A stretch of 64,000 nucleotides of DNA from Narcine bancroftii (Eukaryota): contig NC_091473.1 in the NCBI RefSeq assembly GCF_036971445.1, positions 190,340,001-190,404,000 on the forward strand, written 5' to 3'. Of the stretch, positions 12,501-23,789 are shown in pieces (the stretch's first letter is position 1; each line of letters opens with the position of its first letter). Under the pieces are notes generated by a model. That model did no database searches. It saw only the letters and a program-made list of their open reading frames with translations, and was not told the DNA's origin. The position numbers and the translations under genes are program-made.

Positions 12501-14426
12501 CCCCGTCGCAGTCTTCCCCCCGTCGCAGTCTTCCCCCCGTCGCAGTCTTCCCCCCGTCGCAGTCTTCCCCCCGTCGCAGTCTTCCCCCCGTCGCAGTCTT
12601 CCCCCCGTCGCAGTCTTCCCCCCGTCGCAGTCTTCCCCCCGTCGCAGTCTTCCCCCCGTCGCAGTCTTCCCCCCGTCGCAGTCTTCCCCCCGTCGCAGTC
12701 TTCCCCCCGTCGCAGTCTTCCCCCCGTCGCAGTCTTCCCCCCGTCGCAGTCTTCCCCCCGTCGCAGTCTTCCCCCCGTCGCAGTCTTCCCCCCGTCGCAG
12801 TCTTCCCCGTCGCAGTCTTCCCCCCGTCGCAGTCTTCCCCCCGTCGCAGTCTTCCCCCCGTCGCAGTCTTCCCCCCGTCGCAGTCTTCCCCCCGTCGCAG
12901 TCTTCCCCCCGTCGCAGTCTTCCCCCCGTCGCAGTCTTCCCCCCGTCGCAGTCTTCCCCCCGTCGCAGTCTTCCCCCGTCGCAGTCTTCCCCCGTCGCAG
13001 TCTTCCCCCCGTCGCAGTCTTCCCCCCGTCGCAGTCTTCCCCCCGTCGCAGTCTTCCCCCCGTCGCAGTCTTCCCCCGTCGCAGTCTTCCCCCCGTCGCA
13101 GTCTTCCCCCGTCGCAGTCTTCCCCCCGTCGCAGTCTTCCCCCCGTCGCAGTCTTCCCCCCGTCGCAGTCTTCCCCCCGTCGCAGACTTCCCCCGTCGCA
13201 GTCTTCCCCCCGTCGCAGTCTTCCCCCCGTCGCAGTCTTCCCCGTCGCAGTCTTCCCCCGTCGCAGTCTTCCCCCCGTCGCAGTCTTCCCCCCGTCGCAG
13301 TCTTCCCCCGTCGCAGTCTTCCCCCCGTCGCAGTCTTCCCCCCGTCGCAGTCTTCCCCCGTCGCAGTCTTCCCCCCGTCGCAGTCTTCCCCCGTCGCAGT
13401 CTTCCCCCCGTCGCAGTCTTCCCCCGTCGCAGTCTTCCCCCCGTCGCAGTCTTCCCCCGTCGCAGTCTTCCCCCCGTCGCAGTCTTCCCCCCGTCGCAGT
13501 CTTCCCCCCGTCGCAGTCTTCCCCCCGTCGCAGTCTTCCCCCGTCGCAGTCTCCCCCCGTCGCAGTCTTCCCCCGTCGCAGTCTTCCCCCCGTCGCAGTC
13601 TTCCCCCCGTCGCAGTCTTCCCCCGTCGCAGTCTTCCCCCCGTCGCAGTCTTCCCCCCGTCGCAGTCTTCCCCCCGTCGCAGTCTTCCCCCCGTCGCAGT
13701 CTTCCCCCCGTCGCAGTCTTCCCCCCGTCGCAGTCTTCCCCCCGTCGCAGTCTTCCCCCCGTCGCAGTCTTCCCCCCGTCGCAGTCTTCCCCCCGTCGCA
13801 GTCTTCCCCCCGTCGCAGTCTTCCCCCCGTCGCAGTCTTCCCCCCGTCGCAGTCTTCCGCCCGTCGCAGTCTTCCCCCGTCGCAGTCTTCCCCCCGTCGC
13901 AGTCTTCCCCCCGTCGCAGTCTTCCCCCCGTCGCAGTCTTCCCCCCGTCGCAGTCTTCCCCCCGTCGCAGTCTTCCCCCCGTCGCAGTCTTCCCCCCGTC
14001 GCAGTCTTCCCCCGTCGCAGTCTTCCCCCCGTCGCAGTCTTCCCCCCGTCGCAGTCTTCCCCCCGTCGCAGTCTTCCCCCCGTCGCAGTCTTCCCCCCGT
14101 CGCAGTCTTCCCCCCGTCGCAGTCTTCCCCCGTCGCAGTCTTCCCCCCGTCGCAGTCTTCCCCCCGTCGCAGTCTTCCCCCCGTCGCAGTCTTCCCCCCG
14201 TCGCAGTCTTCCCCCCGTCGCAGTCTTCCCCCCGTCGCAGTCTTCCCCCCGTCGCAGTCTTCCCCCCGTCGCAGTCTTCCCCCGTCGCAGTCTTCCCCCC
14301 GTCGCAGTCTTCCTCCCGTCGCAGTCTTCCCCCGTCGCAGTCTTCCCCCCGTCGCAGTCTTCCCCCGTCGCAGTCTTCCCACCGTCGCAGTCTTCCCCCC
14401 GTCGCAGTCTTCCCCCCGTCGCAGTC
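9534..14426. repeat. 17-bp satellite GTCGCAGTCTTCCCCCC, about 290 copies (4.9 kb), with variable C-run length
   Basis: Directly visible; stop-free in all six frames. Confidence 0.98.
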
Positions 14427-14880
14427 TACCCCCCGCCCCGCTCTCCCCCCCCCGCCCCGCTCGCCCCCCCGCCCCGCTCGCCCCCCCGCCCCGCTCGCCC
14501 CCCGCCCCGCTCGCCCCCCGCCCCGCTCGCCCCCCGCCCCGCTCGCCCCCCGCCCCGCTCGCCCCCCCGCCCCGCTCGCCCCCCGCCCCGCTCGCCCCCC
14601 GCCCCGCTCGCCCCCCGCCCCGCTCGCCCCCCGCCCCGCTCGCCCCCCGCCCCGCTCGCCCCCCGCCCCGCTCGCCCCCCGCCCCGCTCGCCCCCCGCCC
14701 CGCTCGCCCCCCGCCCCGCTCGCCCCCCGCCCCGCTCGCCCCCCGCCCCGCTCGCCCCCCCGCCCCGCTCGCCCCTCGCCCCCCGCCCCGCTCGCCCCCC
14801 GCCCCGCTCGCCCCCCCGCCCCGCTCGCCCCCGCCCCCGCCCCCGCCCCGCTCGCCCCGCCCGCCCCGCTCGCCCCGCTC
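14427..14880. repeat. 16-bp GC-rich minisatellite CCCCCCGCCCCGCTCG
   Basis: Directly visible; each unit holds a GC box (GGGGCGGGG on the minus strand). Confidence 0.93.
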
Positions 14881-15200
14881 CCCCGCCGCCCCCCGCTCCC
14901 CCCTGCCGCCCCCCGCTCCCCCCTGCCGACCCCCGCTCCCCCCTGCCGACCCCCGCTCCCCCCTGCCGACCCCCGCTCCCCCCTGCCGACCCCCGCTCCC
15001 CCCTGCCGACCCCCGCTCCCCCCTGCCGACCCCCGCTCCTCCCTGCCGAACCCCGCTCCCCCCGCCGCCCGCCGCCCCCCGCTCCCCCCTGCCCCCCCGC
15101 TCCCCCCTGCCCCCCGCCTCCCCCCTGCCCCCCGCTCCCCCCTGCCCCCTCTCCCCCCTCCCCCCCGCTCCCCCTGCCCCCCTGCTCCCCCTGCCCCCTG
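14881..15200. repeat. 20-bp minisatellite CCCCCTGCCGACCCCCGCTC decaying into C-rich low complexity
   Basis: Directly visible. Confidence 0.88.
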
Positions 15201-15463
15201 CACTGGGACTTCCCGAGGTGCATCATAGTTCACTCTACTGCAGAATATGCTTGTCAGCCGCCATGTTCCACCCGAGCCTTTGCTCATCCTGTGAAACCCA
15301 CCCCCCTCAGCCTTCCCGAACTGATGGAGCCTTCCCTCTTCTCTGTCCCCCCTCCCCACTCCCCTTCCCCCTGAAGGTTGAGTGACCTTTGGAAACCCCC
15401 AGCCTTCCCAAACTGATGGAATTTTCTCTCTTTGCTCTCCCCCCACCCCCTCCCCCCCGGCAG

Positions 15464-15655
15464 GTTGAAGGACGCCACTCTATGCTTCAGACATTCAAGC
15501 AGCTGATAGTGGAAGAAGGTGCCTGGGGCCTGACCAAGGGTCTGTCCGCCCGCATCCTCTCCTCCACCCCTTCCGCCATCTGCATCGTGGTGGGCTACGA
15601 GACCTTGAAGAAGCTGAGCCTGCGCCCTGAGCTGGTGGACTCCCGCCACTGGTAA
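15464..15655 (+). CDS. SLC25A44: SLC25A44 terminal coding exon
   Basis: Pyrimidine tract and cag| acceptor, then VEGRHSMLQTFKQLIVEEGAWGLTKGLSARILSSTPSAICIVVGYETLKKLSLRPELVDSRHW*, the characteristic SLC25A44 C-terminus. Confidence 0.97.
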   Translation, partial: VEGRHSMLQTFKQLIVEEGAWGLTKGLSARILSSTPSAICIVVGYETLKKLSLRPELVDSRHW

Positions 15656-16952
15656 AGCCCACCCACTCTCCACGGACCCCTGTGAATAACATTGCAGCCC
15701 GCAGTGAGCCATCAACTTCTTCCCCCCCCCCCCGCTCCCAAAACCTGGTGGTGAATTCACACAGAACCCATGGTGAGGGTGGGTCCTTTGCGTCAATCCA
15801 CCCCCCCCCACTTTCCTTCTCCCTCTCCTCCTGAATGAACTTTAAAACCCCCCCCCCCTTCCCCACACCCACTGCATTCTGGACCCCATTGGGCAGGAGG
15901 GGAGTGGTCCCTGTGGTTGACCTGCCCGCCCGGAGGGCTACGGTCTCCCATTACCCTCCAATCCCCCACCTCTCAGTCTTTCAACACCCTCCATTCCCCC
16001 ACCCCTCAGTCTTTCAGCACTGAATCCTCACGCACAACCCCATCCCACTTTATGTCTCAACCCCGTCAAGTCTCTTTCCCCCCCCTCCACTTTTGACAGG
16101 AGCTTCCTACCCCACCCTGGCAGGAACAGAGGGTGGGGTCTTCACCGCTGGGGGTGGGGAAGGGGCTTTGTGGTAGTCTCAGCAGCACTGCAGGGTGTCT
16201 CTGCCAGGCGGTGGAGAGATGAGGTAGGAGTCACCGGATGGTGCCCTTGATCAGTCGTCTGCACCCATGATGGGTCTCCGGGAGGATTGAATCATCTGGG
16301 GGGAGGGGGTCCTGAGTGGGAATTCATAGGGGGGCAACAAAAGCTTGGGGATCAGATTCACCCCCCTTCCCATCTCCCCATAATCCCCTCCATCTCTCCC
16401 TCCCTCCATCTCCCCTCTCTCCTCAACCCCTTCATCTCCCCCTCCAAATCATGCAATTTCCCCCTCCCTCTCCCCATTTTTTTTCCAGTCTCTCCCTCCC
16501 ACTCTCTCCCCTCAGCCCATGACCTCCTTCTCACACCCTCCTTCCCTCCACCTGGGTGGGCCTTGCTTCAATGATTAACCCTACTCCCCTTCTCTCCCGC
16601 CTGCCCACAGCCAGGGTGCAGGGTGTGGATATTTTCACCTCCCCCTAACCCAGGCTACCTCCTTTGTCCAGGGGGACAATGCAAGGTCCACCCCCACAGG
16701 AGAAACACCTTTTCAAACATTCCTCCTTTTTCTCTCTGCTTCCCAAGTGAACTGTGCCCCAGGCCATCTCGCAAATAACCTCACCCCCAACTCTGCAAGG
16801 GGCAAAGCCTTTCCATTGTTGCCAGCTGACAACCAAGCAAGTCTCAGCTGAATGACACAAAGGGCAGGATCTGGTGAGAGTATCCAGTTATTCCCGCTTT
16901 GATCCTGGTGATTTCCCTACCCCCACCCTCCCTGAGAGATGTACTGACCATC

Positions 16953-16968
16953 AATAAAATAAAATAAA
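16953..16968 (+). promoter_or_regulatory. Candidate polyadenylation signal cluster for SLC25A44
   Basis: Overlapping AATAAA hexamers about 1.3 kb after the stop; first AATAAA I see in the 3' region. Confidence 0.45.
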
Positions 16969-17589
16969 GACAGTGTAATATATGGAACTTATTTTCATCC
17001 GCCATAAGGCGGACAGATTCGCCATCGGCAGAAACTGCTTGAAGCGCCTCTGACAGTCAGAGAAAAAGAGGCAAAACAGAGCTCTCTTCCCCCCCCCCCC
17101 CCAAGTCACTGAGTGTCCGTGGATTCGCCTCCAGTGACCCCCCAAACTCTCGAACATCCGACACCATCAGGAACCCCCAGTTCTGAATCCTGATGTCCCT
17201 TCAGCTGGTCTCCAGCGGCCCGCAGCCCAGTGGGAATCCCTTGACCGCGGTTGCCGGCGTCATTTCTCACTGGTCTGCCACCGCCAGTCACCATCCCCTT
17301 CTCAAACAGGGGGGCATCTCCCTGTGTACCCTGATTCCGCGGAGTCTGTCACCCCTATCCCTCGTGGCTGCGGGAGCCGTTGCCTTGGGCACGGCCCCTG
17401 CGGTCGCGGGGTTTTAATCAAAATCACCGTCAGCTTCTTGAACGGGCTGTTTTAAGGCCTGCCACGCTTTCAGACAGTAGTCACGCTGGGCCATTGGACC
17501 CCTCGGGAGTACTTTGTCTCCGTTCCCTCCTCTCTGCGGGCCCACGCCCATGGCGGCGCCCCCATCTTCCTAGGCAACCTGATCACTGA

Positions 17590-18050
17590 ACCTTCCTCCC
17601 ACCAGGAAGGGCCTTCAGCCCAGCTGACCTGCTCCACCATCAGTCCAATCCTTCCCTCCCTCACACGCATAACCCTTGCGTAATCCGTGAGCCTGCCTCA
17701 GGATCTTTTGAACGTCGTTGTCCCCCTCCCCTCCCCTGTTGTCCCAGCCTCCACCACCAGCCCCAGCAATACATTCCAGGCACCCACCACTCTCTGTGTT
17801 GGGGAGAGAAAAATATCTCCCCTCACCCCTTTGTACAGACGTCCTCCGGTGTTTGCTACTCCCGCCCTGGGGATAAAGGTGTTGGCTATCCACCTCATCT
17901 AAGCCTTCGTAATTTAATTTGACTCTATTTTCCCTTCTCCAAAGAGAAACTCCCTCCCCAGCTCTGTCCATCTTGGTAAATCTCCTCTGCACCCTCTCCA
18001 AAGCTTCCACATCCTTCCTGTAATGAGGTGACCAGAACTTAATGTGAATC
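17590..18050 (-). mobile_element. CR1 LINE 3' fragment
   Basis: EALERVQRRFTKM..TQRVVGAWN. Confidence 0.8.
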
Positions 18051-18559
18051 TCAAGTTCTCGTTGATTAACATCTGACTATCCGTAAACAACCAGACGGAA
18101 CAGCGTTTCTCCGCATCACGGTGCACATATGAATCAAAATAAAAGTGTATAAATGTTCTGGAATGACTTATTCATTTCACTTGTAAGAGCCCCAAGGTTA
18201 CAGGACACCGTTCATTGCTATGTGCTTTTAAGATGCAGCACCTGGGAAGCCTTCCCGAGACCCAGGCCCTAGGAGCAATTAGTGGGAGAAAAAGCTGCTT
18301 TCAGCACCTTTTAAGCTGCAGGGAGATGGACCCATTAGATTGCCAACCCAATGATTTAAAGGGGATCCAGCCCCCACGATGATGCGGTAAGTTAAGCGTC
18401 ACGCACTCGGGGGAGCTATCAGTGTCTCCCCCGACCCTTCTCCTCTCTGCGACAGCGGCCCCTCTCCTCCCCCTCCCACTTTCTCCCCCTCCCACTTTCT
18501 CCCCTCATTTTTTGGAGGTGAGAAGCCCACGGATGCCCCCCCTCCTTTGGCACCGACCC

Positions 18560-18745
18560 TGCGGTAATCGTTTATTACAACACAGCGCGGTAGCAGTCCC
18601 CTCCTGTGCTGCCAGAATACCCCAATTCATTGCCAATCCCCTGCCTGCTTTTGAAGGGTTGGTGCTCCCGGAGGAAACCCACGCAAACACGGGGGAGAAC
18701 ACGCCCTTGCAGACACTGCTGGATTTGAACCCCACTCGAACAGCG
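18560..18745 (-). mobile_element. Degenerate tRNA-derived V-SINE (HE1-like)
   Basis: Reverse complement contains B-box ggttcaaatcc and the central gtgttctccccc..gcgtgggtttcctccgggagc motif. Confidence 0.65.
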
Positions 18746-19119
18746 TGCCCCCCAGTTACCTTTGCTCTGTTGGGATGACGGGGGTGCCCCTTGAATCCTG
18801 CGGAAACCCTGAACCACTGCAGGGGAGGTGCTGAAGAGGCCTGTCATTGCCTCCGTCAGCTGAGCTGCACAGTATCCCACCAGAGGCGTTGTGCGGCCCT
18901 GCTGTTTGGCGAGTGCTCACCCTTGACAGGAGAGGACGCACAACTATTCAATGCAAATCAAGGACAGGTTGGAGTATAAAGATGACTTCACATGCAACCC
19001 TGAAATTCCTTTTCCTGTGGCCGTGGCAGAATTAACGTTTGTTGCCAATTCAAAAAAATGCTCAAATTCCACACGTAAAGAAACTGCACGTCAGTCTTAA
19101 ATGAGTCCCTGATTGAGTT

Positions 19120-19500
19120 TCTCGTTGAGCAGTTGACGGAGGGGGAGCAGCTGTTCCTGAACCCAGCAGGTGTGAGTCTTGTGGCACCGACACCCCTTTC
19201 CTGAGGGCAGCAGCGTGTGCCGAGTGGGGTGGAATCTTTGATGATCGCTGCTGCTCTCCATCGGCGGTGTTCCCCATCTATGTTCTCGACGGCAGGGGAG
19301 AGTTTTGCCTGTGATGTCCTGCTACCTTTTGCAGGCTTTGCTGCTCGGGGTGGGAGCAGTGAGTATTGATGTCCCCCGGACCAGACCAGTCAACGCACTT
19401 TCCACCACACCTCTGGAGAAATTTGCCAGGGTTCCCAGCATTGTTCCAAACACCCGAGGAAGTTGAGGCGCTGACAGGGTTTCTTTGTGACGCCACTGGA
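19120..19500 (-). mobile_element. Rex1/Babar-like LINE 3' fragment
   Basis: Remnants of the ..LQKV...LPS....LPSGRRYR..SFFP-type C-terminus; similar copy at 20400-20750. Confidence 0.6.
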
Positions 19501-19541
19501 GCGTTGGGTCCAGGAAAGTTCCTCCGAGATAGTCACTCCCC

Positions 19542-19741
19542 NNNNNNNNNNNNNNNNNNNNNNNNNNNNNNNNNNNNNNNNNNNNNNNNNNNNNNNNNNN
19601 NNNNNNNNNNNNNNNNNNNNNNNNNNNNNNNNNNNNNNNNNNNNNNNNNNNNNNNNNNNNNNNNNNNNNNNNNNNNNNNNNNNNNNNNNNNNNNNNNNNN
19701 NNNNNNNNNNNNNNNNNNNNNNNNNNNNNNNNNNNNNNNNN
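19542..19741. other. Assembly gap (200 N)
   Basis: N run. Confidence 1.
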
Positions 19742-20399
19742 TCCCTCTCTCCCTCCCTCCCTCCACTCCTCCCTCTCCTGCCTTGCTAGCCCTCATCAGA
19801 CTTCATTGTCCCCACCATTCCACCCTCCTACCCTCCCCCTCCCTGCCTATCACACACCTCCCTCTCCTCACCCTCCCTCTATCCCTCCCTCACCTTACCT
19901 CCACCCCTAACACCTCCCCCACATTCACAGCTTGCCCTCATTGTACAGGATTCTGAGTGTAAGGAGTTCACGCCTCAGCTGCATATAGTTTGACCACGGA
20001 TGGGGAGTCTTTGGAGAGAGGGCAGAAGAGACTCACCATGATGGTGCTGGGATTCAAGGGCCTGAGCTGGGGGGGAGAGGTCAGGCAAACCTGGCTGGAG
20101 CGTCGAAGGCTAAAGGGGAAACCTGATAGAGGTTTATATTAAGCCATCGATTGGGTGGTCAGTCAGAGCTTATAAAAGTGCCTCATACTGGATGATGTAG
20201 AACACTGCACAGAAAACAGACCCTTCAGCCCTTCTAGTCTGGGCTGAAATATTATTCTGCCTAGTCTCACTGACCTGCACCCAGTCCATTGGCCTCCGTG
20301 CCCCTCCCATCCACAAACCTGACCACATTCTTCTTAAATAAAAAAAATTGAGCCCATACTCACCACCTCAGCTCTGTCCACACTCCCACTGCTCTCTGC

Positions 20400-20755
20400 A
20401 CAGTTCAGAATCAGAATTTATTGCCATGAATGTCACCAAATTTGGTGTTTTGCAGTGAATCACAGGTGCAAATATTGCTATAAATTACATTTAAAAAAAT
20501 AAATAAATTAGTGCAAAAACAACAGGAAAGTGAGGCCGTGTCTGTGTTTCATAGGCCCCATGGCAGAGGGGAAGGAGCCGTCCTTGTGCCGCTGGCCGCT
20601 CGTCTTCAGGCTCCTGGACCTTCCTGATGGTAGCAGTGCAAAGTGGGCATGTCCTAGGTGGTGTTGGGGGTGGGGTGGTCCTTGAGGATCGAGGCTGCTT
20701 TCTTGAGGCACCACCTCTTGTAGATGTCCTTGATGGAGAGGAGACTGGTGCCTGA
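20400..20755 (-). mobile_element. Rex1/Babar-like LINE 3' end
   Basis: HLGHAHFALLPSGRSRSLKTSGQRHKDGSFPSAM, plus an aataaattctgattctga tail on the minus strand. Confidence 0.65.
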
Positions 20756-20759
20756 CGTG

Positions 20760-21770
20760 AATTTTAGGAAGACTTTTGACAAAGTCCCCTCCACCAGAGT
20801 CTCATCCAGAAGGTCATGAGGCAGGGGATGTGTGGATAAAAAAATTGTCTCGTAGGAAGAAAGCAGAGAGTAGTCGAGTAGCTTGGAGGTCAGTGACTAG
20901 TGGAGGGGCCGCAGGGATCTGTTCTGTGACCCCCCCCCCCCACCGCTCTTTGTGATCTTTATAAATGACCTGGATGATGAGGTCAGTAAGTTTGCGGATG
21001 ACACGAAGGTTGTCAAAGGTCACAGGAGAGTGTAGAGTGGATGCAGAGCTGTGCAGGGAAGTGGCGGATGGAGTTCAATCCAGATAAGTATGAGGTGATG
21101 CATTTTGGAAGGTCAAACCAGAAGGCTGAATACAGGGTTAATGGTCGGTTACTTAAAAGTGTGGATGAACAGAGGGACCTTGGGGTTCAAATCCATGCAT
21201 ATGGGATGCAGGGATTAATTAATAGGGGGATTGAATTCAGGAGTCTTGAGGTCATGTTGCAAGTCTACAGATCTCTGAAAAACCACACTTTGGCTACTAT
21301 GCTCAGTTTTGGTCACCTCATTACAGGAAGGATGTGGAAGCTATGGAGAGGGGGGCAGAGGAGATTTACCAGGATGTTGCCTGGATTGGGAAGCAAGTCT
21401 TATGAGGCAAGGTTAGCAGAGTTGGGACTTTTCACTTTGGAGTGTAGAAGGATGAGAGGAGACTTGATAGAGGTCTACAAGATTATGAGAGGCAGAGATA
21501 GGGTGGACGGTCAGCACCTTTATCCCAGGGCAGGATCTGCAAACAGCAGAGAACATCAGTAGAAAGTGAAGGGAGGAAAGTTTGGGGAGTCATCAGGGTA
21601 AGGTTTTCACACAGAGAGTTGTGGAGGCCTGGAATACATTGCCAGGGATAATGGTGGAGGCTGGAAACTGGGGGCATTTAGGAAACTCTTAGACAGGCAC
21701 ATGGATGAAAGAAAAATAGAAGGTTACGGAGTAGGGAGGGCTTAGTACTTTTTTTTTAAAGGAATATATG
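20760..21770 (+). mobile_element. CR1 LINE RT/3' fragment
   Basis: SKFADDTKV..WRMEFNPDKYEVMHFGRSN..QRRFTRMLPGL..RGDLIEVYKIMRG. Confidence 0.9.
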
Positions 21771-21774
21771 GGCC

Positions 21775-21985
21775 ACTCCCAGGAATTTGTTCTTGACCCT
21801 CTCTGCTGCTGAGCCCTTGACGAGGACTGGGTCGTGTTCCCCTGATCTCCTCTTCAAGTCCACAATCATCTCCTTGGTTTTGCTGACATTGAGTGCGAGA
21901 TGGTTGTTGTGACGCCGTTTGACGAGCTGATCGATCTCCCTCCCATATACCTCCTCATTGCCATCTGTGATCCGCCTTCCAGTTC
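21775..21985 (-). mobile_element. Rex1/Babar-like LINE RT fragment
   Basis: EEVYGREIDQLV..NHLALNVSKTKEMIVD..ERVKNKFLGV. Confidence 0.75.
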
Positions 21986-22272
21986 CCTCCAAAGTTCCCT
22001 TTAAACCTTTCCCCTTTCATCCTTAACCCATGTCCTCTAGTTTTTATCTTACTCAACCTCAACGGAAAAATCCGACCTACATTTACTCTGTGTGTCCCCC
22101 CCTCATCATTTTAAATACCTCTATCAAATCTCCCCTCATTCTTCTACATTCCAGGGAATAAAGTTCTAGCCTGTTTGTCCTTTCCCAGTTGCTGGAGTCC
22201 GGGCAACATCCTAGCAAATCTTCTCTGCCCTATTTCTTTCTAATTGATATCTTTCCTGTAGTTACATGACCA
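21985..22272 (-). mobile_element. CR1 fragment
   Basis: Homologous to 4460-4720. Confidence 0.75.
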
Positions 22273-22460
22273 AGACACGGTTGTTGCCCCAGCAACCAGG
22301 GTTCAAATCCCGTGCTGTCTGTAAGGAGATTGTATGTTCTCCCCATATCTGTGTGGGGTTTCCCCGGGGGTTCTGGTTTCCTCTCACCGTTCAAAATGTA
22401 CCTGGGGCATTGTAGGTTAATTGGGCAGCATGGGCATGTGGGTCAAAAGGGCCTCTCTGA
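22273..22460 (+). mobile_element. tRNA-derived V-SINE (HE1-like)
   Basis: B-box ggttcaaatccc, central tgtatgttctcccc..gggtttcccc..ggtttcctc and a CR1-like tail. Confidence 0.7.
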
Positions 22461-22787
22461 ATTTTAAAAACTGCACATGATGTTTAAGGTGAGGGAGAGG
22501 AATAGGGCAAATGTCTTACCCAGAGAGAGGCGAGGGCCTCGGGAGATGGAAGAGGTGGACAAATTCACGGTCGTGGAAGAAATTTATGCTGAGCGGGACA
22601 GCAGAGCCAAGGGACTGAATGGCCTGCCACTTCAGATTTCGCGTAGCGAAAGAGGGTCAGGAGTGGTCCACTTGCTCTCTCTCAAGAGCTTGTCAAGTGT
22701 CTACTGATCCTGGCACTGGTTCCCAGTACAAGTCCAGAGGGACTCCAGATGGATGCCGGTGGGATTGGATTTAAGAGCAGGAAGGTT

Positions 22788-23580
22788 GGGGGAGGAGTCA
22801 CGTGATGGAGTAGTGGCCGGACGGTGAACTCCAGCCCTCTCCAGAAAAGTCGGAAAAAACAAAGGAAAACACAAAGGCACAGAAATAAAAGTTAAAGAAA
22901 AGTGAGTATAAAGGTGGAAAGAAGATGGCGACAAAAAAAGAAAAATCGAAATCAACGGTAAGAAGAGAGGAAGAGAAGACAACGGAGGAAGAAGGAGAAG
23001 GCCTTACCTGTTCGAAGAGGCCCACTGTGGAGAGAGAAACCCGCTTCCTCAGGTCGGTAGAAATTGGACTACAAAAATGGCTCGCAGAGCCGAGTAAAAG
23101 TGCGCAACCGCGCATGAAAAAAAACACACCGACGGGAGGGGGGACCAGCTGGGGAGTCGATCTCCACAGCCGGCAATGACAGCTGCAGAACACCTGCAGC
23201 AAGAAGAGACCACAGAAGACAATGGAAACAAGAAAGAAGAGAAGGAAAGGGCAACAAAGAAACAACAGATGGCCAACCCAGAGGCAGAAGAAGAGGAAGA
23301 GGAAGAGTACAGTGAAATAGAAGAAGAAAAGAAAGGCAAAATAAAGGATATACTTTCTCTTATTAAAGAATACATGGAGTCATTTAAAGAATGGCAAACA
23401 CAGGAATTTAATGATTTAAGAAGAAGAATAAACAACACAGAAGAGAAAATGAATAAAATAGATATGACCTTAACAGAAATGGGAAAGAAAATGGACAAGA
23501 TGGAAGAGCGGGCAGTAGCAGCAGAAATGGAGGTAGAGGACTTAAAAAAGAAATTAGAGGAATCTAATAAAAAAGCTATA
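22788..23580 (+). mobile_element. L1-clade LINE, 5' end only (5'UTR plus about half of ORF1), with 15-bp TSD
   Basis: Highly similar to the 5' end of the full-length element at 39631-45638. AAGAGCAGGAAGGTT at 22773-22787 and 23581-23595. Inserted in a CR1 fragment. Confidence 0.92.
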
Positions 23581-23789
23581 AAGAGCAGGAAGGTTCTCCT
23601 TCAACCATACAGGAAACCAGTGGGGCCGCACCTGGAGTCCTGACCCCATGAAGGGTCTCCTGGCTTTGGAGGAGGTTCGCCGGGCGGGGGGGGACTGGGA
23701 CTGGGACTGTTGTCGTTGGAATTGGGGGGTTGGTGGGGTAGAGATTAGACTGTGAGGTTGTTTCCCCCCAGGAGGTGAGGCATGAAATC

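Noticed and set aside
9199-15446. 1727-, 1963- and 2072-aa ORFs
   Set aside because: They are translations of stop-free satellite units inside an SLC25A44 intron, open on both strands, with no domain content.
22273-22460. tRNA gene suggested by a B-box
   Set aside because: It is a SINE head: no cloverleaf, and it is followed by the V-SINE core and a LINE-like tail.
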